This document shows positions 1 to 7,229 of a stretch of 17,176 nt of DNA, piece by piece. The position numbers and the translations under genes are program-made. The notes under the pieces are model-generated. The model had not been told where the DNA came from. It saw only the letters and a program-made list of their open reading frames with translations, and ran no database searches. Where the stretch lies: NCBI GenBank assembly GCA_037445735.1, contig JBBIJY010000040.1, positions 1-17,176 of the forward strand, in the 5' to 3' direction. The DNA comes from Armatimonadota bacterium (GTDB lineage Bacteria > Armatimonadota > Fimbriimonadia > Fimbriimonadales > GBS-DC). Within the stretch, counting starts at the first letter, position 1; each line of letters starts with the position of its first letter.

Positions 1-63
1 TAGTGCCCTGATGTCCCCTGATGGGGCTTGGAAGCGCTTAATATAGATGGAGGTGGACAGAAG

Positions 64-501
64 ATGCTGAGGACAATGCGGAAGATGCTCACTTATGGAG
101 CAGCGTCATTGATAGGTTCACTGCTCTTGATAGAAGGTGTTATCTACAGTCAGCAGGTTCCTTATAACCCAATGGTGCCAGCTCCAAAGCCTGAGCCAGC
201 GCCACCGCCGAAGAGAAAGGTACCTCGTAAATATTGCAAGCGGGTAGATCAGCCTCCTGACCGGATCAACATGTGCCTTCGCGGTGGTCCTTATGAGGAT
301 CCCTTCTGCGAAAATTACTGCGTGGTAGTCACCCAGAGAGGGAGTTATTGTGATGAATCTCCGAACTCTACCTGCTGGGCTACCGTGGAAGAGCGAGAGG
401 AGGAAGTAATAGCTGCAACCTGTTCTCCTAACATGGTAAGCTGCCAATGTAACGGGGACTGGAGGCGTCGGCGAATCCGATACAAAATCCTCAGATGTTG
501 A
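64..501 (+). CDS. Small secreted cysteine-rich protein (signal-like N-terminus, Pro-rich linker, 10 Cys)
   Basis: GGAGGTGG SD-like sequence at 49-56 before ATG 64, preferred over TTG 28. Basic then hydrophobic N-terminus, PAPKPEPAPPPK linker, 10 Cys in the C-terminal part, last residue Cys. Confidence 0.75.
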   Translation: MLRTMRKMLTYGAASLIGSLLLIEGVIYSQQVPYNPMVPAPKPEPAPPPKRKVPRKYCKRVDQPPDRINMCLRGGPYEDPFCENYCVVVTQRGSYCDESPNSTCWATVEEREEEVIAATCSPNMVSCQCNGDWRRRRIRYKILRC

Positions 502-527
502 AGAATCCTGAGGAGGTATTGCTTGGT

Positions 528-1807
528 ATGCATAGACGATTGAAGAGTGTCTTTACCCTCGTCTGCACGCTGTGGACAACCGGGCTTGGGCTGTCTGAGA
601 ATAATCAGCTTCTTCAGACCATAGCCCAAGCCCTGCAGCGGCGTGAATCATTCTTTGCTCGATGCTCTATCGCATGGGATGCCCAGATAGAGGTAATCGA
701 TTACCCGATGGAGAACCCCGAAGCATTTTTGAAAGCTCTGGAGAAATGGGATAGCCAGCGACCAGATGTGGAGATAACCCCCGAAGCAAAAGGGGAGTTT
801 TTACAAAGGGCACAACGGACTCACCGGTGTCGCTACCAGACCACTATTGTGGTTAGGCGAAACGGGCCGCGCACTTCAGTACAATCGGAGGAGGGTGGTG
901 CTTGCGTGGATGGTCATATAGACAAAATGGCTCGTTATATACTCTATGATGATAATGAAGGCTATAGTATAGTTTATGGGGCTGCTGTCATGGGCGGATC
1001 TTCTGGCGATGCGCCTGAGATGTGGATTTTCAGTCATTCATCTCCTGTTCCTCTGAACAGTATCAGTGGAACACAGTTCCTCTATCCGTCCGATTGGGTA
1101 TTTTTAGCAAGCTTCTCTGTCTTGAAAATTAGAGGCGCCGATAGAAAAGGGGCATGGCGAGTCATCAAGCAAACCGATTCGGAAGTTGTGCTGGAGGCTG
1201 AAATAGGTGGTGGTGCTGCCTATTCTAATCCCCGTCTCCTGCGAGCGGGCTTGTCCAGAAGACATGGCTATGCACCGAGCTGGGTAGAAGAATACTCGCC
1301 CGCAAAAATAACAATGGACAACAAAGTACATTATCAATCATTTCCTGTGATAAGTATAAAAGTTTTAGAGTGGAAAAGGGTGGGGAATTTTGGATGCCTC
1401 AACGATGGGAGCGCGTCCGACAACTTGGTAAACAGGTTGGCAAGAATATAAAAGTGTTTCACGTAGAAAAAAGATTGATTCTTTTGGATTCTATAAGGTT
1501 TGAAATTAATAGCATTAAAACGAGCTTTCCCCCAGGTACTTTTGTCTGGGATTTTCGACTTGCTGGCACTGATATTCCATTCGGAGATGTGGGGGTAGTT
1601 CCAGACGAGCGTGTTGCTTCGTATAAATGGGAAGGGAAGTTACCCTCCCGTGAACGCCTTGAGCAAATAGCGCGCCAGCAGTCGCTTGCCCTTAATCAGC
1701 GTCCTAATTTGGGACCTCGGTTGATCCTGTATCTCATCCAGTGGGGAACGCCCCTGCTTTTGATTGCTATTGGCGGCTACTGGTGGTGGCGCACACGCCG
1801 ACAATGA
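528..1807 (+). pseudogene. Exported protein with C-terminal transmembrane anchor, split by a 1-bp frameshift (real or sequencing artefact)
   Basis: AGGAGG at 511-516, ATG 528. ORFs 495..1451 and 1370..1807 join if one G is added to the G4 run at 1382-1385, giving ...LEWKRVGEFWMPQRWE... (about 426 aa). Signal-like N-terminus; C-terminus LILYLIQWGTPLLLIAIGGYWWWRTRRQ. Confidence 0.7.
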
Positions 1808-2994
1808 CCTCTGCCGCGTTGCTCCTCCTCCGTGAGGGGAAACCGATCATGATGATTAATTCACTTCTGATAATCGATTCATTTCTAATGACCGGGCTGT
1901 TAAGCATCATAGGACTACGGTTGAATGGGTTGTTGAAGCCCACTTCGGAGGAGGCGAATTGGGCTGCTTGGGGCTTGACATTGCTCGTCGCGCTGGCGGC
2001 GGCGATAAGTGTCTTGGGGCGTATGTCTCCAGAATTTGTCCTGAGAACCTCTCTCTGGGCACTACATAATGCACTCAGTCCATGGATATGGATTTTCGCT
2101 TTTCTGATGACCAACTTGTCGTTTACCACAGCAAAAAGGGTGAGGTGGTTCCATTGCATGGCAGGTGGTTCCCTGCTTGGAATAGCGCTTCTCACGACCA
2201 TGCTCCACGCGAGTGGTATTAAGCTCATCAACTATTCACAGGTTTATTCTTTTCAGGGGTACTATCGTCCTCATGGAATCCTGTTTACCCCCTTGGAGGC
2301 GGGGTTGGTAGCCCTTCTGAGCTGGGCATGGGGGCTTGGGTGGGGTGTACAGCAAGGCTGGCGCCGCGTCGCAGGGCTGTTACTCACGGGGTTGAGCACC
2401 GCAGTGGTCTATCTCACATTCTCACGCAGCGCATGGTTGGGTTTGAGTGTTGCGCTTCTGGTTGGGTTTCTTTTTGCGCGGTATCAGAAAGCTCTCTGGG
2501 TGCCTCTTTGGGTTACGCTGGCGACTTTTCTCCTTTGCTCCGTAGGGTTGCCCTTAGGCTGGCAGCGCGGTGTTTATGCTGCGCAAGGAGACCCTTCTGT
2601 GCAGAATCGGCTGGAGTTATGGATGCAAATGCCTTCCCATCTAATTCGATATCCTTTTGGGATTACGGAGGTATATAGTGATACCATAGAAGAGTATATG
2701 GCAGCCGGTTCTACGGTCAATTTTTACTTGGATATTGGCGTCCAGTATGGGATTCTACCACTGGTTCTGCTACTTGGAATTGTCAGCGTGCTCGGATGGC
2801 GTGTTATGAAGTGTGGCAAGCACGGTATGCCAGTAGGGCTCTGGGGGCTTGGCGTCATCGCCACGGTAGTCTGCCTGGTTTTCATGAACCCCATCGCGGA
2901 CTCATTGGCGATGGCATTATTAGGTGGCTTTTGGGGTATGGTCAGTGCGATGGAGGTGAAACCACATGAACCGCCACGCCTTCACCCTGATTGA
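1804..2994 (+). CDS. O-antigen ligase (WaaL/Wzy_C)-like polytopic membrane protein
   Basis: Many hydrophobic segments. Motifs RPHGILFTP, LTFSRSAWLG, SVQNRLELW and VNFYLDIGVQYGIL follow the WaaL-family order. Start is ATG 1804 (ATGA overlap with the upstream stop) or ATG 1849 (GAGGGG upstream). Confidence 0.7.
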   Translation: MTSAALLLLREGKPIMMINSLLIIDSFLMTGLLSIIGLRLNGLLKPTSEEANWAAWGLTLLVALAAAISVLGRMSPEFVLRTSLWALHNALSPWIWIFAFLMTNLSFTTAKRVRWFHCMAGGSLLGIALLTTMLHASGIKLINYSQVYSFQGYYRPHGILFTPLEAGLVALLSWAWGLGWGVQQGWRRVAGLLLTGLSTAVVYLTFSRSAWLGLSVALLVGFLFARYQKALWVPLWVTLATFLLCSVGLPLGWQRGVYAAQGDPSVQNRLELWMQMPSHLIRYPFGITEVYSDTIEEYMAAGSTVNFYLDIGVQYGILPLVLLLGIVSVLGWRVMKCGKHGMPVGLWGLGVIATVVCLVFMNPIADSLAMALLGGFWGMVSAMEVKPHEPPRLHPD

Positions 2995-3757
2995 ACTGCT
3001 CGTGGTAATCGCAATTATCGCCATCATCGCCGCCCTGCTGCTTTCCGTCATCAACAACGCGCGCGAAGCAGGACGCAAAACCCGCTGCCTCGCAAACACC
3101 CGCCAGATCGGAATGGGACTCCAGCTCTATCTGAGCGACTACAACGAGACCTTCCCGATGAACCGCTTCCCTGACGCCCAACATCCAATCAACAGCGACT
3201 GGGGCGGTCTGCAGGGCAGCAGCTACAACTGGAAACGCGCCCTGCTTCCCTATCTACAAAGCGTGAAGCTTTTAGAGTGCCCCTCCAACGCCTATCTCTG
3301 GAGCGCCGACTTCATAGAGAACTTCGGAGGCGAAGGGGGCGACGAGAGCAACTGGGCGTGGAACCTCAAGCTGCCAATTTCGTATGCCTATAATGGTTCC
3401 TTCTTTCACGAGGGGATACCGATCCGAGTGCTGGGCGAGCCATATCAGCGGGCGCGGTATCTAACAGAGATAGAGGAGCCGAGCGGGTTGATTTTGTTGA
3501 CGGAGACACGGGTGAACTATCCCGATTTGGGGGGCTGGGTATTGACGCAGGAGCTGGTGTTGCGCACGGGCGTGGTACACGGTAAGGGTCTGTTGCAGAG
3601 TCATCAGGGTGGCGTGAATTGGGTGTTTTGTGATGGCTCGGCGAAGTGGTTGAAGGTGGGGGCGACCTGTGTGCCGCGTCAGCGGTGGACGGGGCGGGCA
3701 GTAGACCAGCCGTTGTTTGACGAACGGGCACGAAACCTTGTCGAGGAATATCGCTAA
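2966..3757 (+). CDS. Prepilin-type N-terminal cleavage/methylation protein with H-X9-DG C-terminal motif (DUF1559-like)
   Basis: MNRHA/FTLIELLVVIAIIAIIAALL; AREAGRKTRCLANTRQIG..LY..DY.E.FP; C-terminal HQGGVNWVFCDG (H-X9-DG); GGAGG SD upstream. Confidence 0.92.
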   Translation: MNRHAFTLIELLVVIAIIAIIAALLLSVINNAREAGRKTRCLANTRQIGMGLQLYLSDYNETFPMNRFPDAQHPINSDWGGLQGSSYNWKRALLPYLQSVKLLECPSNAYLWSADFIENFGGEGGDESNWAWNLKLPISYAYNGSFFHEGIPIRVLGEPYQRARYLTEIEEPSGLILLTETRVNYPDLGGWVLTQELVLRTGVVHGKGLLQSHQGGVNWVFCDGSAKWLKVGATCVPRQRWTGRAVDQPLFDERARNLVEEYR

Positions 3758-4395
3758 TCGGCGGGCAGGCGTTCCAGCGCCTGAGCTAAGGCGGCTTCCA
3801 GCTGTTTCTGCGTCATGGTGACGGTGAGGTCGGCGCGGGTGCGTTCCAGCACGGCACGCAGCGCGTCGCAGGTGCGTCGCAGACCCATCGTGAGCGCGTC
3901 GGGATAGTCGAAGGTAATCAGTTCGTCATAAATCTCGTCCATCACTTTCAGCAGGGTCTCGGCGTGCGTCAGCTCGCCCGCTCGCAGTAAATCCAGCACA
4001 TAGCGGCGGCACTCGGAGGCGGCTTCCGCCATGCCGTTCAGGTACGCCCCGCACTCCACGCCCAGCTCGTCGGGTTCTGGCAGGGCATTTCCCAGCACAA
4101 TCGCGTAGAGCGCCTCGCCCTCCACATACTCCTTTTCGGCATCCTGCAGAAAGCCCGCGTAATAGAGCATCGGATAGGGCGTCAGTCGCTCCCGTGCGCC
4201 CTGAATCTGCTGATATGCTTCGCTGAGCAGGGCGCGGCAGGCATCGAACTCGCGCCGATGCAGGCTGCGAATGGCGCGGGCGCAGAGCTGGATGGCTTTT
4301 CGGCACGCCTGCAACGCCTCCTCGCGTGCCTGATGACGCTCCTCCAGCTGCTGACGCAACTGCTCGGCTATCGCGCTCCAGTGGTTCGGTTGCAT
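3754..4395 (-). CDS. Translin/TRAX (C3PO)-family protein
   Basis: 213 aa, helical-looking. AREE, AIRSLHR, EKEYVEG, YLNGMAEAASECRRY and GLRRTCD match the translin-family pattern. Its stop codon overlaps the convergent prepilin stop (3754-3757). Confidence 0.85.
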   Translation of the reverse strand: MQPNHWSAIAEQLRQQLEERHQAREEALQACRKAIQLCARAIRSLHRREFDACRALLSEAYQQIQGARERLTPYPMLYYAGFLQDAEKEYVEGEALYAIVLGNALPEPDELGVECGAYLNGMAEAASECRRYVLDLLRAGELTHAETLLKVMDEIYDELITFDYPDALTMGLRRTCDALRAVLERTRADLTVTMTQKQLEAALAQALERLPAD

Positions 4396-4402
4396 CGGCG
4401 AG

Positions 4403-4408
4403 ATTATA
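4403..4408 (-). promoter_or_regulatory. Putative -10 box (TATAAT), leaderless-type, for the translin gene
   Basis: Minus strand reads GG-TATAAT-ctcgccg-ATG: 7 nt spacing, no SD. The box includes the TAA stop of the upstream gene. Confidence 0.5.
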
Positions 4409-5336
4409 CCTGTGGCAGGGCGAACGGCACACGCGCGGGCAGCACCTCACAGTGCAGGTGGCTCGTGTAGATGAGTTCGCCATCGACCGACACTGGCTCC
4501 AGATCGGGCAGCCAGAGGCGCACGCTTCTGGCTCGCCAGTGATGCACCGATGGATGCCCCAGATGCTCACCGCGCAGCGCACGCGGGAACTGGCGCAAAA
4601 ACTCCAGTCGCGGGATATGCTCAATCAGGCACACATCGAAGCAGCCGTCGTCGAACTCGGCGAAAGGTGCGATGCGGATGCCCCCGCCATAGCTGCGCCC
4701 GTTAGCAATCGCCACCAGCAGCGCCGATTGCTCGATGCGTTGTCCATCGATTTCCAGCAGCAGCGGCACAGGCTGATAGTGCCAGAGCTGTTTCAGGATT
4801 GCCACGATGTATGCCAGCCGTCCCCAGCGCCGCTTGAGATGGTCGCTGGTGGCGTCGTTCACGCGGGCATCGAAGCCGACGCCGACCACATTGAAGAAGA
4901 AATGCTCGCGTCCGTCGGGCAACCGGATGCGCCCGGCGTCGAGCGTCTGGCAGGTGGGTTGCGCCAGCCCGGGCAAAGCGCTTTGCAGGCGTTTGGGCAC
5001 GCCCAGCTCGCGCGCGGCGTCGTTGGCGGTGCCAACGGGCAGGCACGCGATGCGCGTGGTGTCCGCCACCTCGCCACGCTCCACCGCCCGCAGGTAGCCG
5101 CCCACCACACTGCTGAGCGTGCCATCGCCACCGACCGCGACGCAGACCGCACCCTCCCTGGCTAACCGTGCCGAGACCTCGATCCCCTCCTCCAGCGAGC
5201 GGGTGCAGATAGTGCGCCAGTGTTCCAGCGCGGTGCGCACCACACGCAGGCGTCGCGTGGCGCGCCCTCCCCCCGCGCTGGGGTTCACCACCAGATACCC
5301 TCGCTGCACACCCTCTCCATTCGTGCATACTGCCAC
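4404..5336 (-). CDS. Diacylglycerol kinase family lipid kinase (YegS/Rv2252/BmrU type)
   Basis: NPSAG, VGGDGT, PVGTANDAAR, GVGFDA, NGRSYGGG and VDGE motifs. The start may be the GTG at 5309. Confidence 0.92.
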   Translation of the reverse strand: MAVCTNGEGVQRGYLVVNPSAGGGRATRRLRVVRTALEHWRTICTRSLEEGIEVSARLAREGAVCVAVGGDGTLSSVVGGYLRAVERGEVADTTRIACLPVGTANDAARELGVPKRLQSALPGLAQPTCQTLDAGRIRLPDGREHFFFNVVGVGFDARVNDATSDHLKRRWGRLAYIVAILKQLWHYQPVPLLLEIDGQRIEQSALLVAIANGRSYGGGIRIAPFAEFDDGCFDVCLIEHIPRLEFLRQFPRALRGEHLGHPSVHHWRARSVRLWLPDLEPVSVDGELIYTSHLHCEVLPARVPFALPQV

Positions 5337-5385
5337 GATTCCTGCTTTTTCGCGACAGGGAACCTTTTCGGGCGTCGTTCGTATA

Positions 5386-5411
5386 GATATATAGACAAGC
5401 GTCTATATATC
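5386..5411. promoter_or_regulatory. Palindromic operator, probably bound by the adjacent ArsR-family regulator
   Basis: Perfect 11-4-11 inverted repeat GATATATAGAC-aagc-GTCTATATATC, ending 9 nt before the arsR-like ATG in the divergent intergenic region. Confidence 0.75.
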
Positions 5412-5420
5412 GGTGAGGCG

Positions 5421-5708
5421 ATGGACGAGAGGCAGTGGGTGCAGGTGGCGCGGGCGCTCGCCGATCCGACACGGCTGGGGTTGTTGCGGGCGATTGCCCA
5501 GCATGGCGAGCTGTCCTGCGGCGAGCTGGCGGAGCGGTTCCCGATTGCGCAGGCGACCGTCTCGCATCATCTGAATGTGCTGATCGGTGCGGGACTGGTG
5601 ACAATGCGCAAGCAGGGGCAATATCACCTGTTTCGGCTTCAGGCGGATACGCTCCGCGCCTTCTGCCAGCAGCTTCAGCAACTGGTGGAGCCTGCGCCCA
5701 CCGAATAG
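5421..5708 (+). CDS. ArsR/SmtB-family transcriptional regulator
   Basis: 95 aa from ATG 5421 (GAGG upstream). ALADPTRL, GELSCGEL, QATVSHHLNVL..AGLV and RKQGQ winged-HTH signature. Confidence 0.92.
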   Translation: MDERQWVQVARALADPTRLGLLRAIAQHGELSCGELAERFPIAQATVSHHLNVLIGAGLVTMRKQGQYHLFRLQADTLRAFCQQLQQLVEPAPTE

Positions 5709-5739
5709 ACGCTTGAAACACTCACAAGGAGGGATTGCT

Positions 5740-6336
5740 ATGAGCAAAACATGCACAGGGCGCTGGATGGCATATCTGAGCGCATTCGGATTGCTGATGG
5801 GTTCGTTGCCGGGCGCGTACGCCCAGCGGGTGACCTATCAGGTCGACCCCGTTCACTCGTTTGTGATTTTCCGCGTGAAGCACATGAACACCGCGTATGC
5901 CTACGGGCGATTCAACTCGTTCCGCGGCACGATTGTTGTCGATGAGCGCAATCCTGCCAACAGCTCCGTGGAGTTCGAGATCGATGTGAATAGTGTGGAC
6001 ACGGGCAACAACCAGCGGGATGACCATCTGCGCGGGCCCGACTTCTTCAATGTGCGCCAGTACCCCAAAATCACCTTCCGCAGCACCTCCGTGCGCAAGA
6101 TTAACAACACCACGCTGGAGGTGAAGGGCAACCTCACCATTCGGGGCACCACTCGCCCGCTGACGGCACGCGTGACCTATGTGGGTAAAGGGCGCAACCC
6201 GCGCGGGCAGGAGATTATCGGCTTCGAGACCACCTTCACGATTAAGCGCAGCCAGTTCGGAGTTAACTGGGGACTGAACGGCGGTCTGGCGGATGATGTT
6301 CGTGTGACGGTGGCGGTGGAGGCGATTCGGCAGTGA
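5740..6336 (+). CDS. yceI: YceI-family polyisoprenoid-binding periplasmic protein
   Basis: AGGAGG SD, signal peptide ending AYA, YQVDPVHS..F.VKH, GRF, SVDTGNNQRDDHLR..DFF, GNLTIRG and RSQFG motifs. Confidence 0.92.
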   Translation: MSKTCTGRWMAYLSAFGLLMGSLPGAYAQRVTYQVDPVHSFVIFRVKHMNTAYAYGRFNSFRGTIVVDERNPANSSVEFEIDVNSVDTGNNQRDDHLRGPDFFNVRQYPKITFRSTSVRKINNTTLEVKGNLTIRGTTRPLTARVTYVGKGRNPRGQEIIGFETTFTIKRSQFGVNWGLNGGLADDVRVTVAVEAIRQ

Positions 6337-7208
6337 GTGTGGTATGGCACTCGTTGCTGACGGCGGGTGTGCCCGCGCTGGTGGCTGGGGTTATATGGCT
6401 GCTTGGCGGGCGCATCCCGCCGCTGGCACGCTTTCAGGGAGTGCTGTATCCGCTGGCGTTCGGCGGGAGCGTCTGCCTCGCCTGCGGGCTGATCGTGGGC
6501 AGACCCGTCTTCCCGCCGACCGACGCCACGCACTGGCTGTTCTACTTTGCGCTGATGGGCATTCTGCTCGGCTGGCTGGCAGAGATACCGGCGGACTATC
6601 GCTGGTTGTGGGGCGCACTGGCGCTCCTGCTGCTGGGCGGATTGATGGTGCTGGCGTTGAAACCTCTTATCCAATCGGGCTACTGGACGCCCGTCAGCGG
6701 TGTTCGCATCATGCTGGTGCTGACGGTTGCCACCTGGCTATTGATGGTGCTGGTCGCGCCGAATGGGGAGCAGGAGCGCGGGGCAGGCTTACCCTTTTTG
6801 CTGGCGACACTGGGCGGGCTGAGCGCGGGACTGATTTTTTACAATAAGAGCGCATCGCTGGGTCAGCTCGCAGGTTCGCTGGGCGCGATTGTGGGCGTTG
6901 GCGTACCCATTGGCTGGCTCCTGCGCGACTTTCGGTTGCGGCGCGGCGTGGTGAGCGTCGCGCTGATGATGCTGGCGTTGCTGTGGGTGCTGGCTTATGG
7001 CTATGCGGAGTTGCCTGCTCGCTATCTGGCGCTGCTCTATCTGTCGGGTGCAAGCCTCGCCCTCAACCGCTTGAAACCGCTCGCTCGCCTCAATCCGATT
7101 GCCCTCTTTGCCCTGCGCCTGCTACTGCTGCTGATCCTCGCTGGAATCCCGCTCCTGCTCAGCTATCAGGCATATATGGCAGGTCAGGAGGAGTATCCCT
7201 ATTATTAG
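6333..7208 (+). CDS. Hypothetical polytopic membrane protein
   Basis: 291 aa, about 9-10 hydrophobic segments, GTGA overlap with the yceI stop. No family recognised. Confidence 0.8.
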   Translation: MSVVWHSLLTAGVPALVAGVIWLLGGRIPPLARFQGVLYPLAFGGSVCLACGLIVGRPVFPPTDATHWLFYFALMGILLGWLAEIPADYRWLWGALALLLLGGLMVLALKPLIQSGYWTPVSGVRIMLVLTVATWLLMVLVAPNGEQERGAGLPFLLATLGGLSAGLIFYNKSASLGQLAGSLGAIVGVGVPIGWLLRDFRLRRGVVSVALMMLALLWVLAYGYAELPARYLALLYLSGASLALNRLKPLARLNPIALFALRLLLLLILAGIPLLLSYQAYMAGQEEYPYY

Positions 7209-7214
7209 GCTGGG

Positions 7215-7220
7215 TACAAT
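7215..7220 (+). promoter_or_regulatory. Putative -10 box (TACAAT) for the nuoM-like gene
   Basis: GG-TACAAT, 9 nt, then ATG 7230; no SD in between. Confidence 0.45.
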
Positions 7221-7229
7221 AGTTCGGCT

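Larger units (their letters stand above)
1..2960. other. Low-GC accessory segment (left boundary outside the window)
   Basis: Visibly more AT-rich than the rest. Hand counts of two extreme lines: 1441-1500 has 16/60 G+C, 7321-7380 has 43/60. No integrase or att site visible. Confidence 0.7.

Noticed and set aside
6-23. Tandem CCCTGATG repeat with a 10-bp period upstream of the first gene
   Set aside because: Could be a regulator binding site, but there are only two copies at the window edge and no context to support it.
1-3757. Prophage, integron or IS origin for the low-GC cassette
   Set aside because: No integrase, transposase, attC-like site, terminal inverted repeats or target duplication is visible within the window.
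5421-5708. Calling the regulator an arsenic-resistance arsR
   Set aside because: It lacks the CxC arsenic-binding box and no arsB, arsC or acr3 genes are adjacent, so only a family-level call is made.
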